A stretch of 58,555 bases of DNA from Acidobacteriota bacterium (GTDB lineage: Bacteria; Acidobacteriota; UBA6911; RPQK01; JADFOI01): assembly GCA_022562935.1 (NCBI GenBank), contig JADFOI010000003.1, forward strand, positions 1-58,555, in the 5' to 3' direction. The position numbers were made by a program, and so were the translations under genes. The notes beneath the pieces are model-generated. The model had not been told where the DNA came from and did not search any database. It was given only the letters and a program-made list of their open reading frames with translations. The stretch's first letter is position 1. Each line of letters opens with the position of its first letter. This document shows, one piece after another, positions 27,662-37,441 of the stretch.

Positions 27662-27970
27662 TTATGGAGTCTCTATCTTTATATCGTCGCCTTCGACAAG
27701 AACCTTGTAGCAATTGACCTCCTGCTGAGCGGGCGCTCGCAAAACATTACCCGTCTCCAGATCGAACTGAGCACCGTGCCAGGGACAGGTGACGCTCGTT
27801 GAACTGACCTCTCCTTCAGACAGAGATCCACCCACGTGCGTGCAGGTATCGTCGATAGCGTAGTACTTTCCATCAACGTTGAATAAGGCGATCTTTTTCC
27901 CATCCACTTCAACGCAAAGCGATGCGCCGGGCTGCAGATCTTGTATGGTCGCTACCTTCGTTTCTCCCAT
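27662..27970 (-). CDS. Rieske [2Fe-2S] ferredoxin
   Basis: CTH and CPWH Rieske ligands; 102 aa. Confidence 0.93.
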   Translation of the reverse strand: MGETKVATIQDLQPGASLCVEVDGKKIALFNVDGKYYAIDDTCTHVGGSLSEGEVSSTSVTCPWHGAQFDLETGNVLRAPAQQEVNCYKVLVEGDDIKIETP

Positions 27971-28084
27971 TCTTGAATCCTCCTTTACCCTATCCTCATC
28001 CTCAATTCCGCTCCTCGCATTTTCGTGCCTACCCAGTAAGTATACTTTTTATACCCAGACATAGAAAATCTAAATTTCGCCGCC

Positions 28085-28195
28085 GACCACAGACCACAGC
28101 CGGAAGAGCGGCTGAAATCCAGAAGCTCAAATTCCAAATTCCAAAGATATTCCAAATTCAAAACGGGAACCTGCATAAACGCGCGCGAAGCGCGC
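28085..28195 (+). repeat. Hairpin-heptamer composite module
   Basis: (GACCACA)2, CAGCCGGAAGAGCGGCTG, (AAATTCC/AAATTCA)n, GCGCGCGAAGCGCGC. Confidence 0.85.
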
Positions 28196-28285
28196 TGGGG
28201 GAGTTTGGTGCTAGCCCCAAGGATTTTCCTTTGAATACAGGGGTTTACGCCAGAATTCTGGGACTGTCCCAGAAATGAATTTTTT

Positions 28286-29353
28286 CTATTTTCTTTTTTC
28301 CATTTTCTGTGCTGAGCGCGTTGCACTCAGCGCTAAGTTTGGGTCGGCTATCAGACTCCAGGGATCACTTGCTCCCGGCCGAAGTCGAGCAGCAGCGGCG
28401 ATCATGGCGGCGTTATCCGTGGTCAACTCGGATCGAGGATAGTAAACGGCGAGGTCCTGTTGTTGGAAGGTATCCGTGGCCCGCCGGCGCAATTCGCTAT
28501 TGCAGGAAACTCCCCCTGAGATTTGAATGGAACGGACCTCTCGCCCTTTCAGTGACTGCTTCAAGCGGTGCAGGAGTTGATCGATGATGGAGCTTTGATA
28601 GCTGGCCAACAGATCCAAAATCTCTTGGGGTATGTCTTGGAGAGGATCTGAGGCCTCTCTATCCAGCCGAGAAATGTTGTGCTCGGTCATATAACGTAAG
28701 GCGGCGGTTTTGATGCCACTGAAACTGAAATCAAGGCTTCCGTCGCTGATCTTCGGTATCGAAAAGGGGACAGCTTTCGGATCCCCTTGAGGTGCCAGTC
28801 GATCGATGACCGGGCCCCCTGGGTAGCCTAGGCCCAGGTATTTGGAGAGCTTGTCCAGAGCTTCCCCGGCGGCATCATCTCGAGTTCTGGATAGCTCCTG
28901 ATAGTCGCCCAACTCCTTCAGGTAGAACAGGCTGGTGTGTCCTCCCGATACCACCAAAGAAAGGGCCGGCAGTTCCGCCTCGGGATGATCGAGAAAAATG
29001 GAACAGATATGTCCCTCCAGGTGATTGATTCCCACGAAAGGGATCTTCAATGCGTAGGCCAGGCCCTTGGCATAAGTCAGGCCCACCAACAGGGCCCCCA
29101 TGAGACCGGGTCCCTGGGTCACTGCAAGGGCCTCGACTTGTGTCCAGGTGAGGCTTGCCTCCTTGAGGCATTGCTCGGTGACGAAACAGATGTTCTCGAC
29201 ATGCTCACGGCTTGCCAGTTCCGGAACCACGCCGCCAAAATCCGCATGAATAGAAATCTGTGAGGCCACCACGCTGGAGAGGATGGTTTGGCCGTCTTTC
29301 ACAAGGGCGGCGGTTGTCTCGTCACAGCTGGACTCAATACCCAGAACAATCAT
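28286..29353 (-). CDS. tsaD: tRNA N6-threonylcarbamoyltransferase
   Basis: [48 protein letters not shown]. Confidence 0.96.
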   Translation of the reverse strand: MIVLGIESSCDETTAALVKDGQTILSSVVASQISIHADFGGVVPELASREHVENICFVTEQCLKEASLTWTQVEALAVTQGPGLMGALLVGLTYAKGLAYALKIPFVGINHLEGHICSIFLDHPEAELPALSLVVSGGHTSLFYLKELGDYQELSRTRDDAAGEALDKLSKYLGLGYPGGPVIDRLAPQGDPKAVPFSIPKISDGSLDFSFSGIKTAALRYMTEHNISRLDREASDPLQDIPQEILDLLASYQSSIIDQLLHRLKQSLKGREVRSIQISGGVSCNSELRRRATDTFQQQDLAVYYPRSELTTDNAAMIAAAARLRPGASDPWSLIADPNLALSATRSAQKMEKRK

Positions 29354-30381
29354 TTCTTGAATAGTGCAGGGATGGACTCTCCATAGGGCACTCGAACCAC
29401 ACCTTTTTCCGTGATGATGGCCGAAACGAGGCGATGCGGGGTAACGTCAAAGGCTGGATTGGCGACGGAGACGGCAGCAGGTGCCAGGGTGTGCCCCATG
29501 AATTCGGTCACTTCCTGGGTATCCCGCTGCTCGATGGGGATCTCCTCACCGGTTGGTGTATCCATATCAATGGTGGAAAGAGGAGCCGCGACGTAAAAGG
29601 GGATCCGGTGCTCTTTGGCCAGGACAGCCACCGAATAAGTTCCGATCTTGTTGGCCACGTCCCCATTCCTGGCAATCCGATCGGCTCCCACGATGACGGC
29701 CTGGATCTGATTGGATTTCATGAAGTATCCGGCCATGCTATCCGTGATTAGTGTACAGGGAATACCCTCTTTCACCATCTCCCAGGCCGTCAGCCGCGAG
29801 CCCTGAAGACAGGGGCGGGTTTCGTCGGCAAAGACCTGTATGTTCTTTCCGTTTTCAACAGCCGCCCGGATGACGCCTAAGGCGGTTCCGTAGCCGGCCG
29901 TTGCCAGAGCCCCGGCGTTGCAGTGGGTCAGCAGATTCATCTTCTTGGAGAGGAGTTGTTGTCCATGCTGCCCGATTTGTCGGTTAATCTCGATATCTTC
30001 TCGATGGATGGTGATGGCCTCGGTCGTCAGAACGCTCTGAACTTTCTCCAGCGGCTGGTTCTTGTTCTCCTCGAAAAGCCGGGTCATTCGTTCAATGGCC
30101 CAGAAAAGGTTTCGGGCAGTGGGACGCGTTCTTTCTATCCTGGCAGAGATCTTGGCGAAGTCTTCTTCCAGATGGTCCTTGGTGCTCAGGTTCTTTATGC
30201 CCAGGGCGATTCCCATGGCCGCGGCAACTCCGATGGCGGGAGCTCCTCGAATCACCATGCTCTCGATCGCTTCAGCCACCTCTTCCGCGGTTTGATAGGT
30301 GTTGTAAACTTCCTCGTTGGGCAGCAATCGCTGGTCGATCATCACCACACCCTCATCGGTCCATTCAATCGTTCGAATCAT
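29350..30381 (-). CDS. mtnA: S-methyl-5-thioribose-1-phosphate isomerase
   Basis: [54 protein letters not shown]. Confidence 0.95.
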   Translation of the reverse strand: MIRTIEWTDEGVVMIDQRLLPNEEVYNTYQTAEEVAEAIESMVIRGAPAIGVAAAMGIALGIKNLSTKDHLEEDFAKISARIERTRPTARNLFWAIERMTRLFEENKNQPLEKVQSVLTTEAITIHREDIEINRQIGQHGQQLLSKKMNLLTHCNAGALATAGYGTALGVIRAAVENGKNIQVFADETRPCLQGSRLTAWEMVKEGIPCTLITDSMAGYFMKSNQIQAVIVGADRIARNGDVANKIGTYSVAVLAKEHRIPFYVAAPLSTIDMDTPTGEEIPIEQRDTQEVTEFMGHTLAPAAVSVANPAFDVTPHRLVSAIITEKGVVRVPYGESIPALFKK

Positions 30382-30404
30382 GGCCCAACCTTACAATAGG
30401 AGGA

Positions 30405-30553
30405 AACAACAGACAACAGACAATAGCCAACAGCCGGCAGACCGGCTGAAATTCAAAATTCAAGATTCCAAATTCAAAACGAATTCCTTTTTTCTTTTTT
30501 CTGCGCGCGAAGCGCGCTGAGACCGCAGACCAGCTGATGGCGCGAAAGCTGAC
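30405..30553 (+). repeat. Hairpin-heptamer composite module
   Basis: (ACAACAG)n, CAGCCGGCAGACCGGCTG (30431-30448), (AAATTCA)n, GCGCGCGAAGCGCGC (30503-30517). Confidence 0.85.
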
Positions 30554-30568
30554 AGGAGACCCACTCTC

Positions 30569-32389
30569 TTGCTAAAATTCTCGGAAGTGACTGATTTACG
30601 CAAACTTCTGCCCTACCTCCGTCCCCATTTGCACTTGCTGGTTTTGGCTTTAGTCCTTCTGGTGGCGAGTGGTGCCCTGGAGGCGGTGCTCATTATGCTT
30701 CTGGCACCGATCTTTAACCAGTTGGCGGCAGGGGTGGGAGTGGTTGTCGAAGGAGAGGATAAATTCGCCTTTCTTCAGCAGCTCCTGGGCTTGAATCAAG
30801 ACAATCTGGGCCGGATTGCCTTTTGTCTGGTTGCCTTCGCCTTTTTTAAGGGTCTCTTTCTTTACTGCGCTGAAATTTCCATGAGTTACACCGGTCAGAA
30901 GGTGGTGGCCGCTTTAAGAAAGGGTCTGTACCGGCATCTCCTGGATCAGTCTATGGCTTTTTATGCCTTAAACTCCACGGGGAAATTGATGGCCCGGGTC
31001 ATCAGCGATACCGAGCGGCTTCAGGAAACGGTAAGTAGGACGCTCACCGACTTTATTCGGCAGGTGCTGCTGATGCTGTTTTTTCTGGGTCTGGTTTTCT
31101 ATACCGAATGGAGGTTGGCGCTTCTGTCATTTTTGATCGCCCCGGTGGTTCTTTCGATTACCCTGAATTTGGGTCGAAAAATGCGCAAGGTGAGCCAGCG
31201 CAGCCAGGAGAATTTAGCGGAAATGTCCCATGTTCTTCAGGAGACCATTGCCGGGCAGCAGATTGTTCAAGCTTTTGGAATGGAAGAGTACGAGAAAAAG
31301 CGCTTCGGTCATTCCACCGATCAACTGGTGCGCACCAACCTTAAGGCTGCCCGCATCAGTGCGCTGAGCTCACCCCTGGTGGAATTCATCGGTTATGTTT
31401 CCTTCGTCCCCTTTTTCCTTTATGCCAACTATCAAATTAATCGAGGCTTTACCATCGGTGCCTTTGTCGTTTTTGTGGCCGCACTCTTTCGATTGTATGA
31501 ACCGGTTAGAAAGCTCTCCCGCATGCATTTGTACTTTCAGCAGGCCTTTGCTTCTTCCAACCGGATCTTCGAACTGCTGGATACGCATGTTGATATTCAA
31601 GATATGTCAGGGGCCCGTAACTTACCTTCGATTCAGGAGGGCCTTGTCTTTGAAAATGTCTCCTTCAGCTATCCGGACTCCATCTCGCATCCCGTTTTGC
31701 GCAACATTAACCTGAAAATTCAGAGGGGGGAGATCGTGGCTCTGGTGGGAAGCAGTGGGGCTGGAAAGAGTAGTCTGGCGGCACTGATTCCTCGCTTTTT
31801 CGATGTCGTCTCCGGTAGGATCAGCATCGATGGAAACAACATTCATGAAGTGACGCTGGCCTCTTTGCGCCGCCAGATTGCCATCGTTACTCAGGACACC
31901 TTCCTGTTCAACGATACGGTTAAGAGCAATATTGCCTACGGGAGAGAGGATTGTACTCTGGAAGAGATCATCGAGGCGGCGCGCTTGGCCTTGATCCATG
32001 ACTTCATCACCAGTCTCCCCCAGGGGTACGATGCCGTGATGGGAGAACGGGGACAGGGGGTTTCCGGTGGGCAGCGACAACGAATTGCCATAGCCCGCGC
32101 CATCTTGAAGAAGGCCCCCATTCTGATTCTGGACGAAGCCACCTCGGCATTGGACAGCGAATCCGAGCGTCTGGTTCAAGAGGCCCTTTATCACCTGATG
32201 CGGGATTGTACGACTCTGGTCATTGCCCACCGCTTGTCAACGGTTCGGTTGGCAGACAGAATTGTTGTCCTTGAAGCAGGTGAGATTGTTGAGATTGGAG
32301 ATCATCAAAGTCTGTTGAAGCGTTCCGGTGTCTATCGCAAACTGTACGATGTTCAGTTTGCCGATGTCCAGTTTGCCTCATCTTCGTAG
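30569..32389 (+). CDS. ABC transporter, fused permease/ATPase (MsbA-like)
   Basis: N-terminal TM domain; GSSGAGKS Walker A, VSGGQRQR signature, ILDEATSALD, IAHRLST. Confidence 0.93.
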   Translation: MLKFSEVTDLRKLLPYLRPHLHLLVLALVLLVASGALEAVLIMLLAPIFNQLAAGVGVVVEGEDKFAFLQQLLGLNQDNLGRIAFCLVAFAFFKGLFLYCAEISMSYTGQKVVAALRKGLYRHLLDQSMAFYALNSTGKLMARVISDTERLQETVSRTLTDFIRQVLLMLFFLGLVFYTEWRLALLSFLIAPVVLSITLNLGRKMRKVSQRSQENLAEMSHVLQETIAGQQIVQAFGMEEYEKKRFGHSTDQLVRTNLKAARISALSSPLVEFIGYVSFVPFFLYANYQINRGFTIGAFVVFVAALFRLYEPVRKLSRMHLYFQQAFASSNRIFELLDTHVDIQDMSGARNLPSIQEGLVFENVSFSYPDSISHPVLRNINLKIQRGEIVALVGSSGAGKSSLAALIPRFFDVVSGRISIDGNNIHEVTLASLRRQIAIVTQDTFLFNDTVKSNIAYGREDCTLEEIIEAARLALIHDFITSLPQGYDAVMGERGQGVSGGQRQRIAIARAILKKAPILILDEATSALDSESERLVQEALYHLMRDCTTLVIAHRLSTVRLADRIVVLEAGEIVEIGDHQSLLKRSGVYRKLYDVQFADVQFASSS

Positions 32390-32589
32390 GGCGAGCCAGT
32401 GGCTCGCCCGAACAGTTAGGATGGCACCCGCTCGTGGTAGGACGCAGTCAGAGCCGTGGGCTTTAGCCCACGGGCCAGCCGCTGACCCCTAGGGAGGCCA
32501 GGGGCACCCGCTTGCGAGTCGCGCAGTCGGTGCAGCACGCCGGATGGTTTTGCTGCTGTAGTAGAGAATTTATGAATAGTTCCGGCTAG
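32389..32589. repeat. Cluster of REP-like palindromes plus CTAG-terminated repeat copy 3
   Basis: GTAG-GGCGAGCCAGTGGCTCGCC; CCGTGGGCTTTAGCCCACGG; 32501-32589 similar to 15081-15173. Confidence 0.7.
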
Positions 32590-32605
32590 AGAAAGGACGA
32601 GAAGC

Positions 32606-33478
32606 ATGCGCAGTATGACGGGATTCGGACGGGCCACCCGGTCTACCGAGGAGATGGATCTGGTTGTGGAGATCAAGACTGTAAACAGCCGTTACCTGGA
32701 CCTGAATTTACGCGTTCCCAGGGAGCTGAATTCTTTGGAGCAGGAACTGCGAAAGGAAGTACAGTCCCATCTCGATCGAGGTCGAGTGGAGCTCCACTTT
32801 GAACTCCATCCCAAATCCGGCAACTATCACGACTTGAATGAGGCTCTGGTGGAAAATTATCTTTCCGTTGCCGAGAAAGTGCGATCCATGGGTGCAAAAG
32901 GTGAGTTGGATGTGTCCTCTGTTTTGCAACTTCCTGGAGTGTTCGTGCCCCGTGAGGTGGAATTATCCCCCGAGGGGATTCTGGAGAAAATTGTAGAGGC
33001 TCTTCGGGAAGCCTTGGAGAAAGTCGTCAGCACCCGATCCAATGAAGGAGCGGCCCTAAAAAAAGATTTTCAAGATCGACTCGAGAAACTGATGAAGCTG
33101 ACCGATGGTATTGCAGAGCAAGCGGAACAGATTTTGGAATACTATCGAGAGAAACTGAAGAAGAGGGTTGAGAAACTGACCCAGGAGCAGCATCTGGACG
33201 AGAACCGATTGGCCCAGGAAATTCTCCACTATGCAGATCGTTCCGACATTGCCGAGGAGATCACACGTTTGCGCAGTCATGTCGCCCAATTTCAGGAATA
33301 CTTGTCGGGCTCTGAGGATGAAGCCATCGGCAGAAGGTTAGACTTCATTAGTCAGGAAATGGGCCGGGAGATGAACACCATTCTTTCCAAGTCCCCTCTG
33401 CCCGCCATCTCAGAGCTGGCGGTTGAAGGGAAGACGGAGATCGAAAAGATTCGAGAACAAGTTCAGAATGTCGAATAA
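32606..33478 (+). CDS. yicC: YicC/YloC family endoribonuclease
   Basis: MRSMTGFGR, KTVNSRYLD, RSDIAEEITRL, GRRLDF..QE..RE.NT..SK, IREQVQNVE. Confidence 0.95.
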   Translation: MRSMTGFGRATRSTEEMDLVVEIKTVNSRYLDLNLRVPRELNSLEQELRKEVQSHLDRGRVELHFELHPKSGNYHDLNEALVENYLSVAEKVRSMGAKGELDVSSVLQLPGVFVPREVELSPEGILEKIVEALREALEKVVSTRSNEGAALKKDFQDRLEKLMKLTDGIAEQAEQILEYYREKLKKRVEKLTQEQHLDENRLAQEILHYADRSDIAEEITRLRSHVAQFQEYLSGSEDEAIGRRLDFISQEMGREMNTILSKSPLPAISELAVEGKTEIEKIREQVQNVE

Positions 33479-34088
33479 GGGAAGTCTCATTGTGATCAGC
33501 GCCCCTTCGGGCTCAGGAAAGACCAGTTTGGCAAACCGGGCTCTGGAGGAGCTCCCCAAGCTGAAATTTTCGGTGAGTCACACCACCCGGAAGCCACGGC
33601 TTGGAGAGCGGGATCAAGTGGAGTACTTCTTTGTTTCGGAGAAGGAGTTTGAGGAGATGATTGAGCAGGACACCTTCCTCGAGCATGCCCGGGTCTACGG
33701 GAATTACTATGGGACGAGCCGGGCGTTTGTAGACGAGCAGCTGTCCGTCGGCTATGATGTATTGTTGGACCTTGACGTTCAAGGTGCCGCCCAGGTCAAA
33801 AAGAGCTACCCGGAAGCCATTCTCGTTTTCGTGTTTCCCCCTTCACTGGAAGTACTCAAGACGCGATTGAAGAACCGTAGCTTGGATGATCCAAGTATAA
33901 TTAATAAAAGACTGAGGATTGCCAAAAAGGAAATCCAATGTTACACGAACTATCAGTACTTGATCATTAACAGGAAGATTGAAAAATCGTTGGTTGAATT
34001 GAAGTCCATCATTCAGGTTTCCGGCTGTCGCCTGGAGAAGCGAAAGGAGCTGGCAGCGGAAATCATCAATACCTTTCCAGGAGATTAA
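33468..34088 (+). CDS. gmk: Guanylate kinase
   Basis: ISAPSGSGKT, SVSHTTRKPR, YFFV, NYYGT, LDLDVQGA. Confidence 0.97.
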   Translation: MSNKGSLIVISAPSGSGKTSLANRALEELPKLKFSVSHTTRKPRLGERDQVEYFFVSEKEFEEMIEQDTFLEHARVYGNYYGTSRAFVDEQLSVGYDVLLDLDVQGAAQVKKSYPEAILVFVFPPSLEVLKTRLKNRSLDDPSIINKRLRIAKKEIQCYTNYQYLIINRKIEKSLVELKSIIQVSGCRLEKRKELAAEIINTFPGD

Positions 34089-34089
34089 A

Positions 34090-34293
34090 ATGACGGTTAA
34101 GATCCCAAAACAGTTTGACAGTAAATTCAGGTTTATTCTGGTGGCCGCAGAACGTGCCAAGCAGCTCCAGCATGGAGCACCTCCAAGAATCAAGTCTCAG
34201 TCAAGAAAGCCGGCTACGATCGCTGTGGAGGAGGTGGAGCAAAACCTTGTTCCTTTTGTCATTCTCAAGCCGGGGAAAAGAAAAGAAAAGTGA
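34090..34293 (+). CDS. rpoZ: RNA polymerase omega subunit
   Basis: DSKFRFILVAAERAKQLQHGA; position between gmk and coaBC. Confidence 0.92.
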   Translation: MTVKIPKQFDSKFRFILVAAERAKQLQHGAPPRIKSQSRKPATIAVEEVEQNLVPFVILKPGKRKEK

Positions 34294-35522
34294 AAATTAT
34301 TCTCGCTGTAACCGGTTGCATCGGAGCCTATAAGTCGGCCGTCGTCCTCCGCCTGTTGCAAAAAGAGGGTTTTGAGATCCTTCCGGTCATGACTCAGGCT
34401 GCCCAACAGTTTATTACCCCCCTGACTTTGGAGAAGCTGTCCGGTCACAAGGTGGTTTCCGATCTATTCAGCGATCATACCGTTCAAATTGAGCATATCC
34501 ATCTGGCTCGAGAGAGTCATCTCCTGCTGGTGGCCCCGGCTACCGCCAATATCCTGGCCAAATTTGCCCAGGGCATCGCCGATGATTTCTTGAGTACGCT
34601 TTACCTGTCCACCGTCACACCCGTCATCGTTGCACCTGCCATGAATGTTGAGATGTGGCACCATAAAGCCACGCGGAAGAACCTGGAGATTCTGAGGGAA
34701 AGAGGAGTGGAGGTGGTGGAACCCGGCTCCGGCTATCTCGCCTGCGGGGAAGAGGGCGAAGGGCGTTTAGCAGAGCCCGAACATATCTTGGAGGCGGTGT
34801 TGAACACTTTCAGGCGGGAGAAATCTCTGCTGGGAAAGAGGGTGCTCATTACCGCAGGACCCACCATTGAGGACCTGGATCCGGTTCGGTTTATTTCCAA
34901 TCGCTCCTCCGGAAAGATGGGTTATGCCCTGGCCGGGGAGGCTCAGTCGCGGGGTGCTCAGGTGGTGCTGGTCTCAGGACCTACCCAACTTGAACCTCCG
35001 GAAGGGGTAAATCTGGTCCGGGTTCGCTCTGCTTCAGAGATGGCCAAAGCTGTCTTTCAGCACTTTGCCCGTTCCGATGTGGTGGTGATGGCAGCAGCGG
35101 TTTCCGATTTCACTCCAGCCAATGTCTCCTCAGAAAAGATAAAAAAGAAAGATGCGAAGCCGGTCATCCACCTGGAGAAAACGGTGGATATCCTGAAGCG
35201 ACTGGGTCAGCGAAAAGAGTGGCAATTTGTGGTCGGATTTGCTGCTGAATCGGGAGCAGTGCGGGAGAATGCCCGTAGGAAGCTTCAGGAAAAGGGATTG
35301 GACCTGATTGTAGGAAACGATATCTCCCCACAGGATCAAGGCTTTGAATCCGATTTCAACCAGGTCATCGTCATCGATAGTGACGGGAAGGAAGAGGAAT
35401 TTCCTCTCCTCCCCAAGACGGATGTGGCACGCATCCTCTGGGATAAAATTGAAACGCGCTGCGCGCAAAGAGCCGCAAACCGCAGACCACAGACCGTAGA
35501 CCACATACCGCAGACCGGCTGA
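34290..35522 (+). CDS. coaBC: Bifunctional phosphopantothenoylcysteine decarboxylase/synthetase
   Basis: VTGCIGAYK, APATAN, PAMNVEMW, LACGEEGEGRL, TAGPTIEDLDPVRFISNRSSGKMG, GFAAE. Confidence 0.97.
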   Translation: MKIILAVTGCIGAYKSAVVLRLLQKEGFEILPVMTQAAQQFITPLTLEKLSGHKVVSDLFSDHTVQIEHIHLARESHLLLVAPATANILAKFAQGIADDFLSTLYLSTVTPVIVAPAMNVEMWHHKATRKNLEILRERGVEVVEPGSGYLACGEEGEGRLAEPEHILEAVLNTFRREKSLLGKRVLITAGPTIEDLDPVRFISNRSSGKMGYALAGEAQSRGAQVVLVSGPTQLEPPEGVNLVRVRSASEMAKAVFQHFARSDVVVMAAAVSDFTPANVSSEKIKKKDAKPVIHLEKTVDILKRLGQRKEWQFVVGFAAESGAVRENARRKLQEKGLDLIVGNDISPQDQGFESDFNQVIVIDSDGKEEEFPLLPKTDVARILWDKIETRCAQRAANRRPQTVDHIPQTG

Positions 35523-35634
35523 ATGGATGTCGCCACGTATTGAGTGTCTTAACTTCTGGATCCTGGATTCTCGTTCTGTCGGGACTCTGACTCCTCAAGT
35601 TCTGTTTGCGGTCTGTGGTCTGCGGTCTGTGGTC
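35479..35634. repeat. Inverted pair of ACC(G/A)CAG heptamer arrays
   Basis: 5 units at 35479-35513 inside the coaBC 3' end; 4 complementary units at 35607-35634. Confidence 0.9.
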
Positions 35635-35646
35635 TGTTGAATCGTC

Positions 35647-36627
35647 ATGCCCAAATCAGGTCTCGTTGCCCTCATCGGCCGCCCCAACGTGGGTAAATCC
35701 ACCCTTCTCAATCGACTGGTCGGACAAAAAGTAGCCATCGTCAGCAATAAGCCTCAGACTACACGCAATCGAATTATTGGGGTTCAAACAACCGAAGAAT
35801 GCCAGATGATTTTCCTGGACACGCCCGGAATTCATCGTCCCGGACACCTTTTGAACAAACGGATGATGGAGGAAGTTTATGATTCACTCAGAGGGGTCGA
35901 TCTGCTGGTTCAGGTTGTGGATGTCTCTGAGAGGTATGGGAAGGGAGAAAAGTTTGTCCTGAACCTGGTTCAGAAGACCCAGAAACCGACCATTCTGGCC
36001 CTCAATAAGATCGATCTCATCAGCAAGGGCAAGATTCTTCCCGTACTTGAATTTTACAATCAGCAGTTTGAGTATGAAGAGATGATCCCCCTTTCCGCCC
36101 ACAAGGGGGATAATTTCGAGTTGCTTCGGGAGAAAATCGTAGAGAATCTGCCGGAAGGGGAGTGGCTCTACCCTTCTGAGTACATCACCGATCAACCGGA
36201 ACGATTCATGGTCTCAGAAATCATTCGCGAAAAGGTGTTAAACCACACTCGGCAGGAACTTCCCTACTCGACAGCGGTTCTGGTGGAGGTCTTCGATGAA
36301 TCCAGGAGGCAGAAGGGATTCATGTCGATTACAGCCTCCATCATAGTGGATAAAGGCAGCCATAAAAGGATCGTGATTGGTCGGGCCGGGCAGATGGTTA
36401 AAACAATTGGCACAGAAGCACGGGTGGATCTCCAGGATTTTCTGGATGTACCCAAGCTCTACCTTGATTTGAACGTTAAGGTCCTCTCAGGATGGAGAGA
36501 TCAGGCGCATTTGTTGGATGAGTTGGGTGTCAGGTCCGCGAATTATACTCAGGAACTAAGCATAGACAACAGACTACGGACAACAGAGCGGAAGATGGAA
36601 GTTGGAAGTCAGAATCCAGAAGAATAG
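35647..36627 (+). CDS. era: GTPase Era
   Basis: GRPNVGKSTL, KPQTTRN, DTPG, NKID, KH domain with QELPYS and IVIGRAG. Confidence 0.97.
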   Translation: MPKSGLVALIGRPNVGKSTLLNRLVGQKVAIVSNKPQTTRNRIIGVQTTEECQMIFLDTPGIHRPGHLLNKRMMEEVYDSLRGVDLLVQVVDVSERYGKGEKFVLNLVQKTQKPTILALNKIDLISKGKILPVLEFYNQQFEYEEMIPLSAHKGDNFELLREKIVENLPEGEWLYPSEYITDQPERFMVSEIIREKVLNHTRQELPYSTAVLVEVFDESRRQKGFMSITASIIVDKGSHKRIVIGRAGQMVKTIGTEARVDLQDFLDVPKLYLDLNVKVLSGWRDQAHLLDELGVRSANYTQELSIDNRLRTTERKMEVGSQNPEE

Positions 36628-36699
36628 GAAGCTCAACGCTTCTTAACGGCTTCTTACTTTCGTCTGCTATTGGGTCTGTGGTCTGTGGTTTGTTGAATC

Positions 36700-37332
36700 A
36701 TGCGTGAGGTTGTTGAGCAGCTCAAATTCTTTTCGGATCTAGGCGTGACCCATCTCAACGTGGGAACAGACGACTCTCCCCAATCACTCGAGGACATCCG
36801 TCAGGAGATTGGCGATTGCCGGCGTTGCAAGCTGTGGGAGAGGCGCAATTCCATTGTGTTTGGAGTGGGGAATCCGGAAGCTGATCTGATGTTTGTGGGG
36901 GAGGCTCCGGGGGCGGACGAAGATGCTCAGGGAATACCCTTTGTGGGGCGGGCCGGCAAGCTTCTGACCAAGATCATAGAAGCCATGGGCCTGACCCGAG
37001 AACAAGTCTATATTGCCAACATCGTAAAATGCCGTCCTCCGGGTAATCGCGATCCTCAGCCGGATGAGGTGGAGACCTGTGAAGGCTTTTTATTTCAACA
37101 AATCAAGGCTGTCCAGCCCAGGATTATTGTGGCTTTAGGCAGGCATGCTGCTCAGCTCCTGCTGCAAACGAATACTCCCATTTCCAAGCTCCGGGGAGAA
37201 TTCTTTCAATTTCAAAACAGTCTCCTGATACCTACCTTTCATCCTTCTTATCTGCTTCGCAATCCTTCGTCCAAGCGTCAGGTGTGGGAGGATATGAAGG
37301 CCGTTCAGGCGCGCTTGAAGGAAATGGTGTAA
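36700..37332 (+). CDS. Uracil-DNA glycosylase family 4 ([4Fe-4S])
   Basis: CRRCKL, VGEAPGADED, PFVGRAG, NIVKCRPP.NR, TFHPSYLLR. Confidence 0.94.
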   Translation: MREVVEQLKFFSDLGVTHLNVGTDDSPQSLEDIRQEIGDCRRCKLWERRNSIVFGVGNPEADLMFVGEAPGADEDAQGIPFVGRAGKLLTKIIEAMGLTREQVYIANIVKCRPPGNRDPQPDEVETCEGFLFQQIKAVQPRIIVALGRHAAQLLLQTNTPISKLRGEFFQFQNSLLIPTFHPSYLLRNPSSKRQVWEDMKAVQARLKEMV

Positions 37333-37351
37333 GAGAGAAGACAGGAAACCC

Positions 37352-37432
37352 CAGCCGGAAGACCGGCTGAAATTCAAAATTCAAAATCCCAAACTAGAAC
37401 CTGGAACCTGAATTCCGAAATCAAAACTTGGA
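37352..37432 (+). repeat. Hairpin-heptamer composite module
   Basis: CAGCCGGAAGACCGGCTG, (AAATTCA)n, (CCTGGAA)-type units. Confidence 0.85.
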
Positions 37433-37441
37433 ACAATTCTT

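Noticed and set aside
27985-28326. ORFs 27985-28326 (-) and 27922-28278 (+)
   Set aside because: They are translations of repeat-rich intergenic DNA with no protein-like features.
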